A stretch of DNA of 64,000 nucleotides. Source: Tubiluchus corallicola. Lineage: Eukaryota; Animalia; Priapulida. The notes under the pieces were generated by a model. That model was not told where the DNA came from. It searched no databases and saw nothing but the letters and a program-made list of their open reading frames with translations. Shown piece by piece: positions 39,602 to 54,000 of this stretch (within the stretch, counting starts at the first letter, position 1; each line of letters opens with the position of its first letter). A program made the translations under genes and the position numbers. Location: the NCBI GenBank assembly GCA_030141605.1, contig JAQGDQ010000059.1:372001-436000 (forward strand), given 5' to 3'.

Positions 39602-42600
39602 TCAGTCTTCTTCTAGAACAATTAGTTGCCCACTACTCATATCTTCGGAGCCACTTGACAGAGCAACCTGAAACTCATGCATCATTCCCTCTAACCAGTA
39701 TGTGATGGTATTTCCTTTGCCCTGAAAGAAAATTTTTACTGCTATTACGTATTTTAGTATGCCTAGCTTTAAATTTGCAGCTTTAAAAACAAATAAAGGA
39801 ATAAGCGTCAAGAATTCTCTATCATAAATTTAAGTGGTGATTAAACATAATTAAACAAGTGCAGATAATAAGTGAATCGGTGAAGCACTCAATGTCTGTC
39901 AGTGGTATTCAGTGGATCAGTCACTTGATTAGTCAGTTGGTCGGTGGGTTAATCAGTTAGGCAGTCACTCAGTCAGCTAACTAACCCTATCAATCAATCG
40001 ATCAGTCGGTCAGTTGGTCGGTCGGTCAGACAGTCAGTCAGTCAGTCAGTCAGTCAGTCAGTCAGTCAGTCAGTCAGTCAGTCAGTCAGTCAGTCAGTCA
40101 GTCAGTCAGTCAGTCAATCAATCAGTCAGTCAGTCAGTCAGTATATCAGTCAGTCAGTCAGTCAAACAATCAATCGATCAGTCAAAACGTGCCAGATGAC
40201 CGACAGACCTACCGACTGACCAACCAACCCATCAGTCAATCAAACCACAATCAATATCCACCCACACAATGTTAACAGGTAACAACTGCATATGCATTCA
40301 TATGCATCCACGATGTCCAAAGTTAACCACACCATAAAAGTAATCAGTCAAACAATTCAATGAACTAATCAGCTACTCAGCCAGCCAATATTCAACATTC
40401 AACAATAATTATAGTAATAATTTACGGAATATTCAAAATACATTAACATCAAAATTAGACAAATGCATTTTACATACTTAAAATATTAACAGATAAATAG
40501 TACATACACAATAGGCTGTTACAAATAAAACTAAAATCGTAATACGAGTATATAAAAATCAGCCGTAATTAAATCCATAAATCCATATTAAATTTCTAAT
40601 TAATTAAAAAGGCTTCTTTACAAAAATAATTTTTTGAGGAATGATTTGAACTTTTGAACATTATTGATTTTACGTGCATGAATTGGCGAATCACTCCCTA
40701 ATTTTGGTGCCACTACGCTAAAACTATGAGAACCATATGTGACTAGATTATAACGCGGTACAACAAGTGTCGATGAATTAGTTGATCTAAGATTGCTTCA
40801 AAAAATGGCTTCAAAAGTCAGACATATAGGAGGGCGCTAAATCATTCAGAGTTTTGAATGTTAATAAGAGAATTTTGTATTTTATCTTGAAAGAAACGGG
40901 CAATTGCATGAGAACAGGAATTATGTGATCATATTTACGAGAGCCTGTTAATAATTCTGCTGCTGTGTTGCGTACATGCTGTAGTTTATCAATCTGATAC
41001 TGAGGAATACCAAACGTTATCAACCAACCAACCAACCAACCAACCAACCAACCAACCAACCAACCAACCAACCAATCAACCAACCAAAGCTTCAGTTAAT
41101 TTCACTGTGAAACTAATTACCCAATGAGCCAAATAATCAGTCAACGAACGAAGCAACTAACCAACAAACCAATTAACAGACAGCCCAACCAGCCGACCGA
41201 CTGACCGACCGAAAAAACGAACTAACGAACAAACGAATAAACAAACAAAAATAACCAACAAATTAACTATTTAACAAGCTAGGCAGTTACTCACCTAGAC
41301 AGCCAGCTAACTAACTAACTAATTCATTGAAAGCATCCACGAGGAAATGAACTGAGAAGCAACAAAAAGCGCCAATGATGAGACAGCTAGAAAGCAAGCC
41401 AAAAAGTCGGTCAGATGGTCGGTCAGTCAGTCCGTGAACAAAACAACGTACCCTAATGTTAACGAGGCCTCGTTCTGATGTGAGAAACATTCCAGTTTTA
41501 TCCAAAAGTAATTTTAGCTGCTGACTGATGTGAATTTTCATAGCTGCAAAATAGTAAATTATGGAGCGAATAAACATTCAAAAAGTAGTACACAAATGTA
41601 AAACGTTATGGACAAAGTTCGACGATTTATTATCGTTGCACCACTTGGAGTTGGGTACCTGCTAAACCTCTGAAAATTTTTTGGTGGGTAATTTGGCTGG
41701 AGCTGCTAATCCTAGAACACTGTTTCAGGGTCAATGTTACCATTTTGAATATATGATTTTCAGATAGGTATAATAGTTAATGAAGTCAAGGTCTAAATAG
41801 CTACAGTGCAGTAAGGAAGGTCGTACACTCGCCTTACTGAACTGTGGTTTTCCTGTTTTTGTTCTTTTTGATATGTGGTTGATTGGTTGTTCTTAATTAT
41901 TTTCGTTGTAGTTTATGCCAATATAAAGTGCAACTACATGAGCCTCATACAAAACTTGTAGGCAATTAAAAGCTAGTAAATCGACGAGCCGAATGGAAGA
42001 ACCTTCTCCACTAGAACGAAATTAAGTAATGTACATTTAATTGGGCCCTAACGTGTGTTAGAAATCTTATTACAGCAAAGAGAAAATTATACAGGTAAAT
42101 TACAGTGAAATCTGGCATATATAGCAGCAGGTTTGCACTATGTCAATTACCGGTGCTATATTTCTTTCAACAGCAGGGCTTATTGGAAATAAAGTTAAAA
42201 ATGAACTTACGCAAACTGCTTGATTCAAGGCGAGATGTTGTATTGACTGTGTCTCCAAATAGGCAGTATCGAGGCATCTTTAAGCCAACAACACCTGCCA
42301 CGCACGGCCCTTAAATGCACAAAACTATAACATGAAAAAAGATAGCCACATAATTCGTTTAAGTATGCAACACGCCCATTGGTAATCATTTAGTACCTTA
42401 TTCTTCCATTCTGTTTTTGGATCAGTACGAAACATAGGTGTTGGTTTAGTTGATGTTGTTGTTGTCACATTTATCTTTGAAAGACGGTGCAGGCCACAGC
42501 CCACAGTTTCATCGTAGAAGGCTGAAATTTTGCACGAAAATATTATGGACTTTCGCAATACGACCAGTTAAATGGATCCGCCCGATACCTTGTCTGAGTT

Positions 42601-45600
42601 ACTTTCTAATACATAACCAGATCATCATCAATTCGTATTTTAAATTTTTGCGATAAAACGATGACAACAATAAACGTTTCCCATGACTAATTTATTAGAA
42701 GAAAGGGCAAATGGGACGTGGATTTCCATTCTACTTGAGATCACCATTATGTTAACTAGAAAGGTGAACGGACATCATAATTACAAAGGGAAATTTTACT
42801 CACCAGAGTGCAGTCCAATCCTCAGCTGCAGTTTCTCGTCAGGTCGATGACGTATTTTAAAATGACCAATGGCAGAAAGAAGTTCAAGAGCCATCTTTGC
42901 AATTTCGCTAGCATGCTGGTTGTTGTTTCTGATTGGTAAACCTGAGACAACCATGTATGCATCGCCTATCGTTTCCACTTTATAAGCATCATAATTTTCC
43001 AAAATGCCGTCAAAACAAGTATAGAGATCGTTTAGCATATCAACAACCTGTGTATCATAAGTCAATTGCAATTATTTCATTTTAATATAAGAAGTTAACC
43101 TACCTTACTATCAGCCATATAGATGGAGGCCTAAATAAAAAGTGTAGATAATGAAATGTGCCAGATAGCACATTTATTAACTTTCTGCCACGCACTGACG
43201 AAATTTTTTTTAAACAAAGAAACAATTAGGCCTATAATAGTTTCTAATTTTTGCCATAGACAGTTTAGCAAGATGTACGAGACTTTTTGTTAGATTAGAA
43301 TATGCAAAACAAAAAAAAACCAATTAATTTGCCATTCCAAATAACAAGAAATAGACCTGGAAGGGCACTGTGTAATTCAGTTTAGAAATTCTTAACAGTA
43401 GGGCAAAAGACAGTATAGGCGAGTTCTAAAAACGACAGACAATTTAAATGTAGCTTTCACGGTAAGCTTATAATTAGCTATATTTAACTGTCAAAAGCTC
43501 TCACTAACGTTACCTCCATTGGCTCACTTTCAGCTGAGATGCGCGTGAAGCCTACAATATCAGAGAAATATATAGTCACACATTCAAATGATTCTGGTTT
43601 TACTGGCACTCCATCAATCAGCTGTTTAGCCACTGACCTAGAATAATAAGAAAGTGACAATAATAACTGTTACCAAATGGTTTTAAAACATTAGTTGATT
43701 ATTCGGGTCATTGGTCATTAATTACCAAAGACAAATATTTTCGGTATATTGTCTTTTTGTCTAAAAACCACTGGGTCTAGTGAAAGAAACACGAAATTAT
43801 CAATTTATAATTATTATACCACTGAAAGAATACAATTATGCATAGATAATTGCAAAAAAGAGAAGAAATTAGCAACTATTTGAAGTATATGTCCAACAAG
43901 CAACACGGTGCTACTATATGCAATCTTTACACACAGCGAGTGGGCAAACAAAACTAAATTAATGTATACAAATGTTATGTAGCTTACACAGCTCTCACTA
44001 TCAGAAAAAATGCTTTACTAATGACAAGTTTGTTGATCGAAACGAAACGTTTTATACTAAATGTATGTCACAATAAACGTCATGAAACATATTACTCTGT
44101 GCATAAGTATAAAAATAAATAAAACCAAATAAAAAATAAAAAAAGAAAGCACACGAGACTACTGATAATAACAGAGGCAATCACATTCTAAAATTTTCTT
44201 CAACAATTTATTTATTTGCTTGTCTGTGAAAAAGGCGTGATTGTGAACTACTTGAAACGCCCAAAGTAATCACAGATATCAAATTAAACGAAGGTAATCA
44301 ACGCAGTTAGTAGATTTCGTATCACGATTTGTTTTACAATATCTTTTGATGAAAATGGTTACTTCTACAAAAAAATCTACTCGAAGACGTCAAAGAAGGA
44401 CGCCTTTATAGCGAAACTAATGAGGAAGAAGTTTCCATAGCAGACGCCACAAAATATGAAAATGTTTTAGTTACGGCATTTACTTTGGAAGTGCAACTGT
44501 ATCCTAACGAATGAACATTAAATGAATGACATTATTCATTATGATAGCAAACACATGGCATAAAAGTACTATGCAACCTATTAAAGGTATATGTAACATC
44601 TTAATTTGCCATAAAAATAATGATTATAAACATCATACAATGCAATATATCATTCAGTGAACCTAACTAAAGATTTACACTTTTAGCTGACGAATGCGTC
44701 AATTGCTAGAAATTAAAACTGCTAGTACAATGCAGTGCATAAAAACATAAGCATTAAAAATAAAGATAAAAGAAAGATAAAGATAAGATTTTACGTACAC
44801 AAACATACACGATCATCAAGTACGCATTAAAATTACATACATTAAATACACTAAGAAAGACATTAAAGTGCACTGAGATTATAAATTGTACATATACATA
44901 ATACACATGTCGTCAAAGCACAAAGAATCACGTAGATTAAAGCAAATTAAACATACATTAAAATACAGTTAAGAACATAATTACTGATGCACATAACATA
45001 TAATATCTTCAAGTTATTACATTAATTCTAACACATTACTATAAACATTACAATTGTAACGCCGCAGTGTCAGTGGATATGTACGAATGTGCTCTTAGCT
45101 CAGTTCTGCGTATAAATAATAATAAAAAATCAGCAACGTAGACTTAACAAAATATGGGTCTTAGTAGTGGTAATGATCCACTCACTTCCTGGTTCCACAC
45201 TCTCCTCCCCGGGCCATGAGGATATTGGTTCAAAAGCAAGACAGGTAAAAAAAATTCAAAAGAAGGCTAGGATTTCACTGGGCCGCAACTTTCATAGGAC
45301 GGTCAAAATTTTTCAGTCCAGCAGTCGCTAAAAAAAACTCCCGCGACTGTGTTTTCGGCGATTTTCGTCACATTTTTGCGAATTTTAAGACTCATATTTT
45401 AAGACTTTTCTCCGGAGCGAAAATCGCGAGAAAGTGCGAAGATTGAAATCATGTGGTACACCAGGACACATGACTCAACGAATCATTTGTTGCTGCGATT
45501 ACCAGTTGTTGTCGATTTTGTAAGCGATTGTACTACCTATGGGAAATGTACGAGCTCCTTTTCTGTTTTCGAGTATGTTAGAATACGATTGTCCATATCA

Positions 45601-48600
45601 GCCAAAGGTGTAATTCTTAGACGCACATGTCAAATGTTTATTTATCAATTTCAGTTTAGCATTTAATACCATACTGCCTGATGTAATAATAACTAAATTA
45701 AAGAATTTTAATGTACATGAAATATTGTGGAAATGGGTATTCAGTTTTCTTACATGTAGACTTCAATGCGTCAAAGTGAATAATCACTTATCAAAACCAC
45801 TTGTTGTAAATACGGAGGCTCCCCAAATACTGAGGGTTTTGCTGTCTTACAAAATATGCAGATGACACTGCAACTGCGGGCACGATAACAAATGAAGACG
45901 AAATAAGTGACAGAAGTGAAATACACGAACTTGAAATTTGGTACAAAAAGCACAATTTGCTTCTAATTGCAGAAAAAAAGAAATGAGCCCTGTTGTAATC
46001 GAGAGCAAATGTGTTGCGACTGTTGACGAATTAAGTCATGATTTAAAATTGAAAACGAATACTAGCCATTTATATAAAGAATGTATGAGTAGAATTTATT
46101 ATCTTAGAAACTTAAAGAAAGGAAATTTGATTCAAACACGATGATTTTATTTTATACGTTCAATCTGTTATCAATTACTGCTGCGTTGAGTAGAATCAGA
46201 AACTTATTAATGAGTAATGATGATATGTATTTTTTAAATAAAATTACTTGTATTGCTGATAGGGTCTGTGGTATTCTAGCACCTACACTGATAGATCTGA
46301 AAGATCTTTTTATGGAAAAAAACAATCAAAAGTTAAAGTGTAGTGTAAATGACCCAACTCACCTTCTTGTATTAAATTTTGAAAAACTGAATTCTGACTG
46401 GTATACAAGCCTTATTTGTAAATTAGATAGATTGCTCACCTCTTTCAGTCCAAGTACAGTAAGACAATCCAATGCTAACTTCAAGCGACAATCAGTTTCC
46501 TAGTTTCTATGATGTGTCACTTAATCTGCTGATACTGGTACAGGTGTATGAGGCGACTGTTTAGCTCATTTTATGATTGCTTTGATCTTGGGTACATTCG
46601 TAAGTTTTTTTTATATGTTAATTTTACTATTGTAGTTTTTTAATGAGCCAAATAATTATTATAAATGATTACCGAAAGGCATAACAAATTCTCATCTTAT
46701 CTTATCTTCCACGTGTGGCTTAAATATTGCTTGGTTTTTGCAATAGGCGTGCTACATACAATACATGTTGATATGATAATCGCCTGTTTTCTCCCTTTGA
46801 ATGATTGTCATGTTGGATGAATCGCTGTTTTACAATGTCTGAATTGGCTTCATTTTGAGTGTAAACTTGATGGATATGCTCTCTCTACTAAAATATTCAG
46901 TGGTGATAATCCGCATACCATTTCTAACTTTTCTCTGTGCCGATAAAAACTCGACACAGTTAGTTTTTTAAGATCATTAAACTTGTCAGCATTATTATTG
47001 GTCAGCCAAGCAATATTGCCATACAGTATTGTAGGTAACACAGCAGTTTTAAGTTCATCATGGTGGGACGCCTTAATCGTTTGTATTTGCACAAATACTG
47101 TTTAATACTTTTTCACCCGTGCCACGCATTTTTTATTGCAATAATATGCTCATGAAATTTCAGATTTTTGTCAGTAAAAACACCAAAGACTTTGTATAAA
47201 ATGGTGTCTTTGTATAAAATATCTTTTGTAACAAACGTAAGTTTCCTCTGGATGTGAATTTCTTTTTGCCATACTCCTGTTAATACAGCTTCAGCTTTAT
47301 TTGACTTAGTATTGATTTTTAGGCGCTATTTTGTACACTAATTGTGTACACTACTGCAACAAAGTTGTCATTGTGAGATTTCGCAACACTATATGTAATG
47401 TACACAGAAGAAATGGAAGAAATATGTAATGTACCTTCATCTGCATATTTGTATTTTCTCATTTCATTAGGGCAGTCACTGAATATATCTGAATAAGTCA
47501 CGTAGGCAAAGGAGCTTGTACAAAGCCTTGGGTGCTCCCATATTGCAATGTTTTTCTTGTGAAACAAAATCGTTGGACTTTAGTGACAAATTTTCTTTTC
47601 TTCAACGTGTTGGCAATAACTTTTAGCATAGCACCTATGTTATTTGCAGAATACAATTTGTATAGAAAGCCATTCATCCACGGACCATTTCAAAGGCTTT
47701 TTCAGAGTCGCAGCATGTTATTATTATTTTCCTATAAAATATCATAATCCATACCCAAAATGAGCCTAATTAAGTAACGAATAGTATTGCGATGCGGAGG
47801 GAAGCCTTCTTTGTGATACAAAATAAATGGTTGTCACTTAAGTGATTTCTGCAGAAAGTTTAAGGAAAGTTTACAGAGATTCTCCAAAATGTCGCCAAAA
47901 TGCTGAAAAATAGTTGTTCTCAAAAGCGTCAGTTTTTTGCGATTTTTGAAATTGTTGACGAACATCGCGAATATTTTGGGACATATTTGCGAAGTCTTGG
48001 TGAGGTGGCGACTCTCGCGACAAACTTTAAACATTTTAAAATGTTTGCAGAAGCCAGCGACCGTTTGGCGACAAGGGCGAATACCCGCGAATATTTTGCG
48101 ACTATATGGCAAACTTTTGTTGAACATTTGCCAACTGTTGGACTTTTCGGATAGTCACCCAATGTTGCGAACTCCGTGAAACCCATGCTTAACATGCTAC
48201 AAAGAAGGTTGGTGTCATTAATTATTCAAAGGGGCGGGTTGGGTTAGTCAAATTAATTATCAGAAGGTAGGCAGATGATGGTCAGAGGTCAGGGTACCTA
48301 AATGTCTCTCCCAGGTTGGGTGGATCAAGAAGTAGACCATTCGCACTACTGACCTCATTCAGTACAAATAACGTTCTACCGTTGACCTTACTTTGGCAAA
48401 ATTTCGTAAAGAAGTTGTTCCGATTTCCTTTTTTCATCTAAAAATGCCCTGGTTCTCTGGTCTACAAGTGTTTCAAGGGTTTCCGCATACTGTTCCATTC
48501 TTTGCAAGAGATTGTCAAGAATATTACTTTGGATTCCCTTTCTGAAAATATATGGTGAATTGCAATACTCGATTTTTACAACAATATCTGCAATTTAGGC

Positions 48601-50798
48601 TGCAAACCAACAACTGTAGGCAAATGGCAACTGAGCACTTTCTCACTTTTCTGTTGGAGATACACAAGAATTGCTTTACGAAAGAAAAAATTACAGAAGC
48701 ATCTGGTTTTTGAATGCAGTATCCTTTTGCAAAAACGCTTGTGCAAGTAGTGTTGCTAAAAGCAGGCTTGATTGTATTATTACCTGTCTTTGATTTAACA
48801 GAATACCGTTTAACTTAAAGCTTTAACTTACTGCCTGATGGAGTTGGTAAGCTGGTTTATATAAAGCTAGACGGGGTTATGAATCGAGCGGTTTGCAGTA
48901 GTGGGTGTGACTACTTGCTACGCTAACAGGGGATGGAGATTCAGTTTTGGAGCTGACACTTGCGGGTTTGGGGTTTTGGTTTTATCCCCACCTTGTTAGG
49001 AAACTTGGTGAGACTTCCAAAAGCATTTTTGATTAACTTGTGTCTAATCAAAACTAATCTACACGTAGCAACATTATCAACCGTATTATCAGCACATCAA
49101 CCGTAATTTTTAAATGCAACTGTAAATTACAAACTTATAACATACTTGTCGAATCGCTGAAAGTCTGTTCTTATTTCTTGAAATGATGGTCTGAGTTGAG
49201 GTTCCTCAGTCCAACACTGCTGTATTAGAAGTCGAAATTCACTTGGAGTTCTCGTCTCGCTTAGATTTGGACGAAACGGTGGACTTTCTTTAGCCATGAC
49301 TCGATTAACAATTACTGAAAATATGCATTGACAATGTGTAAATCAGGGGTGTCCAACCTTTTTTGAACTGAGGGCCAAGTGTACAACCTTCAAAGTAGTC
49401 GCGGGCCGGATTAGCAATTTCACAACCACAAAAAGACAATGAAGCACAAAATACATTTTATGTTACATTTAAGCTAGAAGAGACAGTCTTGTAAGTTTAT
49501 GCTTTTGATCAGTTTAATGTGAAATCTGGCACTGCGTTTGTTTGCACAAGTAGTCTATGTCTGCTCCAACAGTAGAAGTCGCAATGCGCAATGAAGCTGC
49601 CAAATGTTCGTCTGTAAGCAGAGATCTTGACTTCGATTTCGTGTTTTTCATTCTAGAAAACAGTTACACTGTAAATCCTACATTGTCAATCTGCCACAGT
49701 TTCCACTAAAGACAATAATTACAGTGAGTCACTTACATAAGCTCAGTGGCAGATTTGTATGCATGTTTATGCAGAAATTTCGAGTCTAATACTGTGGAAT
49801 ACTTTTAAACAAACCGTCAAGCTAATGCTATTATTTACGCTTCAACTTCACTTTTTGCAAAACTAAGTAACAAGTAAGTGAAGTCTAACATTTGTTGTTA
49901 CATTACTTACGCGAAATGTCAAAATTTGAATATTCGTCTTCCTCAAATGGTCCCTGCCTGTTGTTTATCTCAGAACACACAACAGCAAAGCTGTACACAT
50001 CTCCTTTCTGAGTACCATTCCAAGCTGGGTTGGCCTCTATCAGCAGTTCTGGCGCTACCCAAAGTTTTCCTGTTGCAATCATACTTTGAAACTTACGTGC
50101 ATTGTAATAATTTTAATCACAATTGTGAAAAACAATTGTGAAATCTTTTCGGTTAATCGTTTCCTCTTTGCATTTCATTCCAACTCTTATTTTCCTTCAG
50201 CTAATAATAAAATATGGCTGACAAAGCAATAAATGACGCGTTTTATGCAACAGTGCCGCTTGCGAAAACGGTGACACTGCTTGCCTAAAGTGACCTTTAA
50301 TGGTTTAGATATTCATTAGTAAGATGTAATTTAATAAGAAGGCATTCACGTTTATACCGCTAAATGTTCGTCCAAAGCAAATAAATGAGCCATGCGATAC
50401 GATATTGTATAGATAGAATAATGAATCAATGAACCACAATGATTCCCATTTTTAGCTTGCCGTTCTTTAGCTTTTTCGCCCACCTTTTAGCGTTTACATT
50501 AATCTTAATGCTTTTGTTTAACAATTGCCTTAAAATTACCATTGTATAACGTATCCATCTGATATTACATTTTGAATGAACATGTCATCATTCACCTTAT
50601 TGCCGTCACCTCCTTCACAGTGCAATGACAAGAATAAACATCTCGTTGCTGTTTTTTGTACGAATTTTTTTAGATTTTAGTCTATTTTTGTCAGAAGAAC
50701 GTAAATTCATTAATATTGTTAAATACTCTTGTCTTTACTTTCGTAATTTCGTGATTTTTGTTATTGTTATTGTTAACATTACTGTCGTTGTCGCAACT

Positions 50799-50850
<52 letters not shown>

Positions 50851-50967
50851 ACAACAACAACAACAACAAGAACAACAACATCATCATCCTCATCATTATC
50901 ACTATCATCCTCTTCCTCAATCTTATTCTCAGCCTCTTCCTCCTCCTCCTCCTTCTCCTCCTCCTCG

Positions 50968-51052
<85 letters not shown>

Positions 51053-54000
51053 TAACAACAACAACAACATCACTACCTTTACATCAGAATTACAAATCAC
51101 GCACTATTTTTACATTATTTGCCCTTCTTTTATAAGCAAAGGTCATTGTTCGGTTAAAATTCAGAATTAGAGAAAACATACTACGTTGCCAAGACACCGA
51201 AAGCTTTTCCTCTTCTGATCGTAGATGATCATCCTGAAAACTTGGAAATCCGTAGTCGGCGAGTTTCAAAACAAAACGAGAATCGATCAAGCAAGTATCA
51301 GAACTCAACTTTCCGTAGGATTTGAGAGGAGATTCGTGAATTCTAGTCATTCCCTATCGAATATAAGCGATTAAACCTGTATTTAAAACAAAGCCCATTT
51401 AATTGAACATAATGACTTTTAAAATGAGAACAGAACCAAAATCCAATCGAATGTGCTGCGACGACAATAGGACAAAAGTGAATGATTAAGCTGGAGGTGC
51501 GAAGTCTCATGTTGTTCTCAGCGAACTGAACCGGACAAATTCCATTTAATTATTATGTGTATTAAAACGGGTCCTTTTGCTTAAGTTCTATTTTCAACAG
51601 AACAGATTCGAAAAACTGATAAGCGCAGCCTGTGTGCGGTTCACGATCACATAAATTTAACGTAATTATTTTGGATTGATTGGAAATGTAACTTTAGCGC
51701 GTTCTTTCACCTTTAGTATGTCCTGTATCAATGACATTTGAAAAGTCCAGTCCAACTTGAGGGAATCGTTTACCAGAATGTCTTCCAGCGTACCTCTTGA
51801 ACAATGTTCTGTTAGCATCATGATCTTATTGTCTTCTACACATGCGCCAACAAATCGCACTAGATTTTCGTGGGCTAGTTCTCTAACCTGTATAATATTA
51901 CTAAAAACGTTAAGAGCGCACTAGCCAGGATCAGACAACGACCTTACTTAGTTCAGCTGTATTTGTCTGTAACTTTCTGTATTTTTTTATATTTAAATTT
52001 TTCTAATTTGCCATATCTTTAATTAACGCTTTCTACAGGCTCAACAGCTTTAATAAAGTGAGCGAGAGAAATATTTGGCCTTTCACAGGCAATGCAGAAG
52101 GTACCCAAACTTAGCCCTTAGTAATGTAGATAGTAGGTGCTACATATTTATTATAGTTATTTAATAATTATAGCCTAATATCGTAAATCTTCTTTGTGCC
52201 TGTAAAACTAAATAAACTATTGGTCTAATTAGCCTTCAAGAGAAACTTCGTTATTTTCGAAAACATTTGTAAGATCTGAGTAAGCATGGTAATGCTAGAT
52301 TTTAAATGTCCGTGCCTAATAAACAGCCCAGACACCGATGATTTCAATTTTTCCAAGAACTGTCATCGCTACGTTGAATATGGTATTATTATGACTTCGT
52401 ATTATTAACCTTGCTTTCTAGACTTGCGCTTTTAAATATAAGAAACATCACGTTACGCTGCATAGCATATACACCTTTTTACTTTAAAATTGTTAAAAGT
52501 GACTTCAAAAATGCAAAATGTGAAAACTTGAGTGGAAAATGTAAATTTAAAAGTGCAAAATTGGATTTCAAAATTGTAATTTTTTTTGGTAAAATCAAAG
52601 TGTACAATGTGAAATCAAGAGTTTGCTATAAATCAACATGCATGACAGTTTACTGTTTGACCAATTAGTTGTTAACTTCTTGTTGTAATCACCGTTATCA
52701 TCATCGTTGTTGCCGCCAACGTTGTTATTGACAGTATTGTAATTATAACGGAATTTATAACGCCCGACACACGCATGCATAATGTATATAGTGAATAAAA
52801 TCAATGGCAACAGTAGTGGCAGAAACAGCAAAGGTGACAATGGCAGCTACTGCACGGCAGTAGTCAACTAGGATCGGCATAGTAAAGCGACGACAATGGC
52901 ACAATGCCGGGAACTGCAATGAAATGGTTGGAATAGCATTCGCAGCAGCTGCAGCGATGGCAATGGCAGCAGCTACAATCACTATGCAATAGCCACACCG
53001 GCTACTTTAATGACAACGATCGCAATGACAGTCACAGCAATTGTAACGGCAACAGCTATAGCAAGTGTTTACAGCTGCCACAAAATGGCAACGGCTATAG
53101 CAGTACCTGCAACAACACTGACATCAACTACAGCAGCATTGCCGGCAATGGCAATGACAGCAGTGGTAAGAAACGAGCAATTACAATAAGGGCAATGACA
53201 GCAAATGCAATGACATTGGCAATGGCAGCAGCAATAGCAGTAGTAGCAGCAGTAATGCCGACAACTGCATGGACGATGGCGATGGAAACAGTGGCAACAG
53301 CAACAACTGCAATGACAATAACAATGCTTGGAGTTACAATAGCAATGATGGCAATGACAACAGTAACAAAGTTCTGCCAGTGTATCGGTAATGGCTACAG
53401 CAATGGCAGCAATACAATACCATTATCGTTGCCACCACTGTTTTTGCGATTACAAACACTGTTGTTGTCATTTCCATTGCAGTTGCTGCCATCGCTGTTG
53501 TCATCAGTAACTTTGCGGTTGCTGGTTTTGTTATTGCCCATGCCGTTGCCGTTGCCATGCCAAGGCCAGTTGCTGGTTGCAGCTGCTGTGATTACTATTG
53601 TCAACATTGTTATTGCAGTTGCCAGCATAAATACTGTTAAATTTATAATAGCAACAGTGGCAATATTGGGGCAGCAACGTTGATGGCAGCAGTACAATAA
53701 GAACAAAAAGTAGGCAACAACAGCAAATATTGGCAAACACAGTAAACTACCATGTATGCTGTATTTATGCTAAACACTTCTTTACACGTTTTACACTTTA
53801 GAAATCACATTTTTTGCTCTTTGGAAGCCACATTTTGTGGTTTTGATTTCACATTTTGCACTTTGGGTTTCAAAATTTGCACTTTTGAAATCACACTTTG
53901 CACATTTGAAGTAGACAAACTGTAGAACATGCCTACAGAACACTGTTAAATTTAACCAATCAAAGTGTCTCCAGATGGTCACTTTTTTGCTAACTATCAC

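Noticed and set aside
44431-44444. Second X-box-like site GTTTCCATAGCAGA
   Set aside because: The right half-site lacks the AAC end, and there is no adjacent gene start to support it.
50625-51170. ORFs of 181, 121 and 125 aa with poly-I/M/S
   Set aside because: Translations of a trinucleotide microsatellite inside a cyclase intron.
53195-53740. Ala/Thr/Met-rich ORFs of 162 and 113 aa
   Set aside because: By-products of cryptic triplet repeats in the foldback-like element; no domain signal or splice support.
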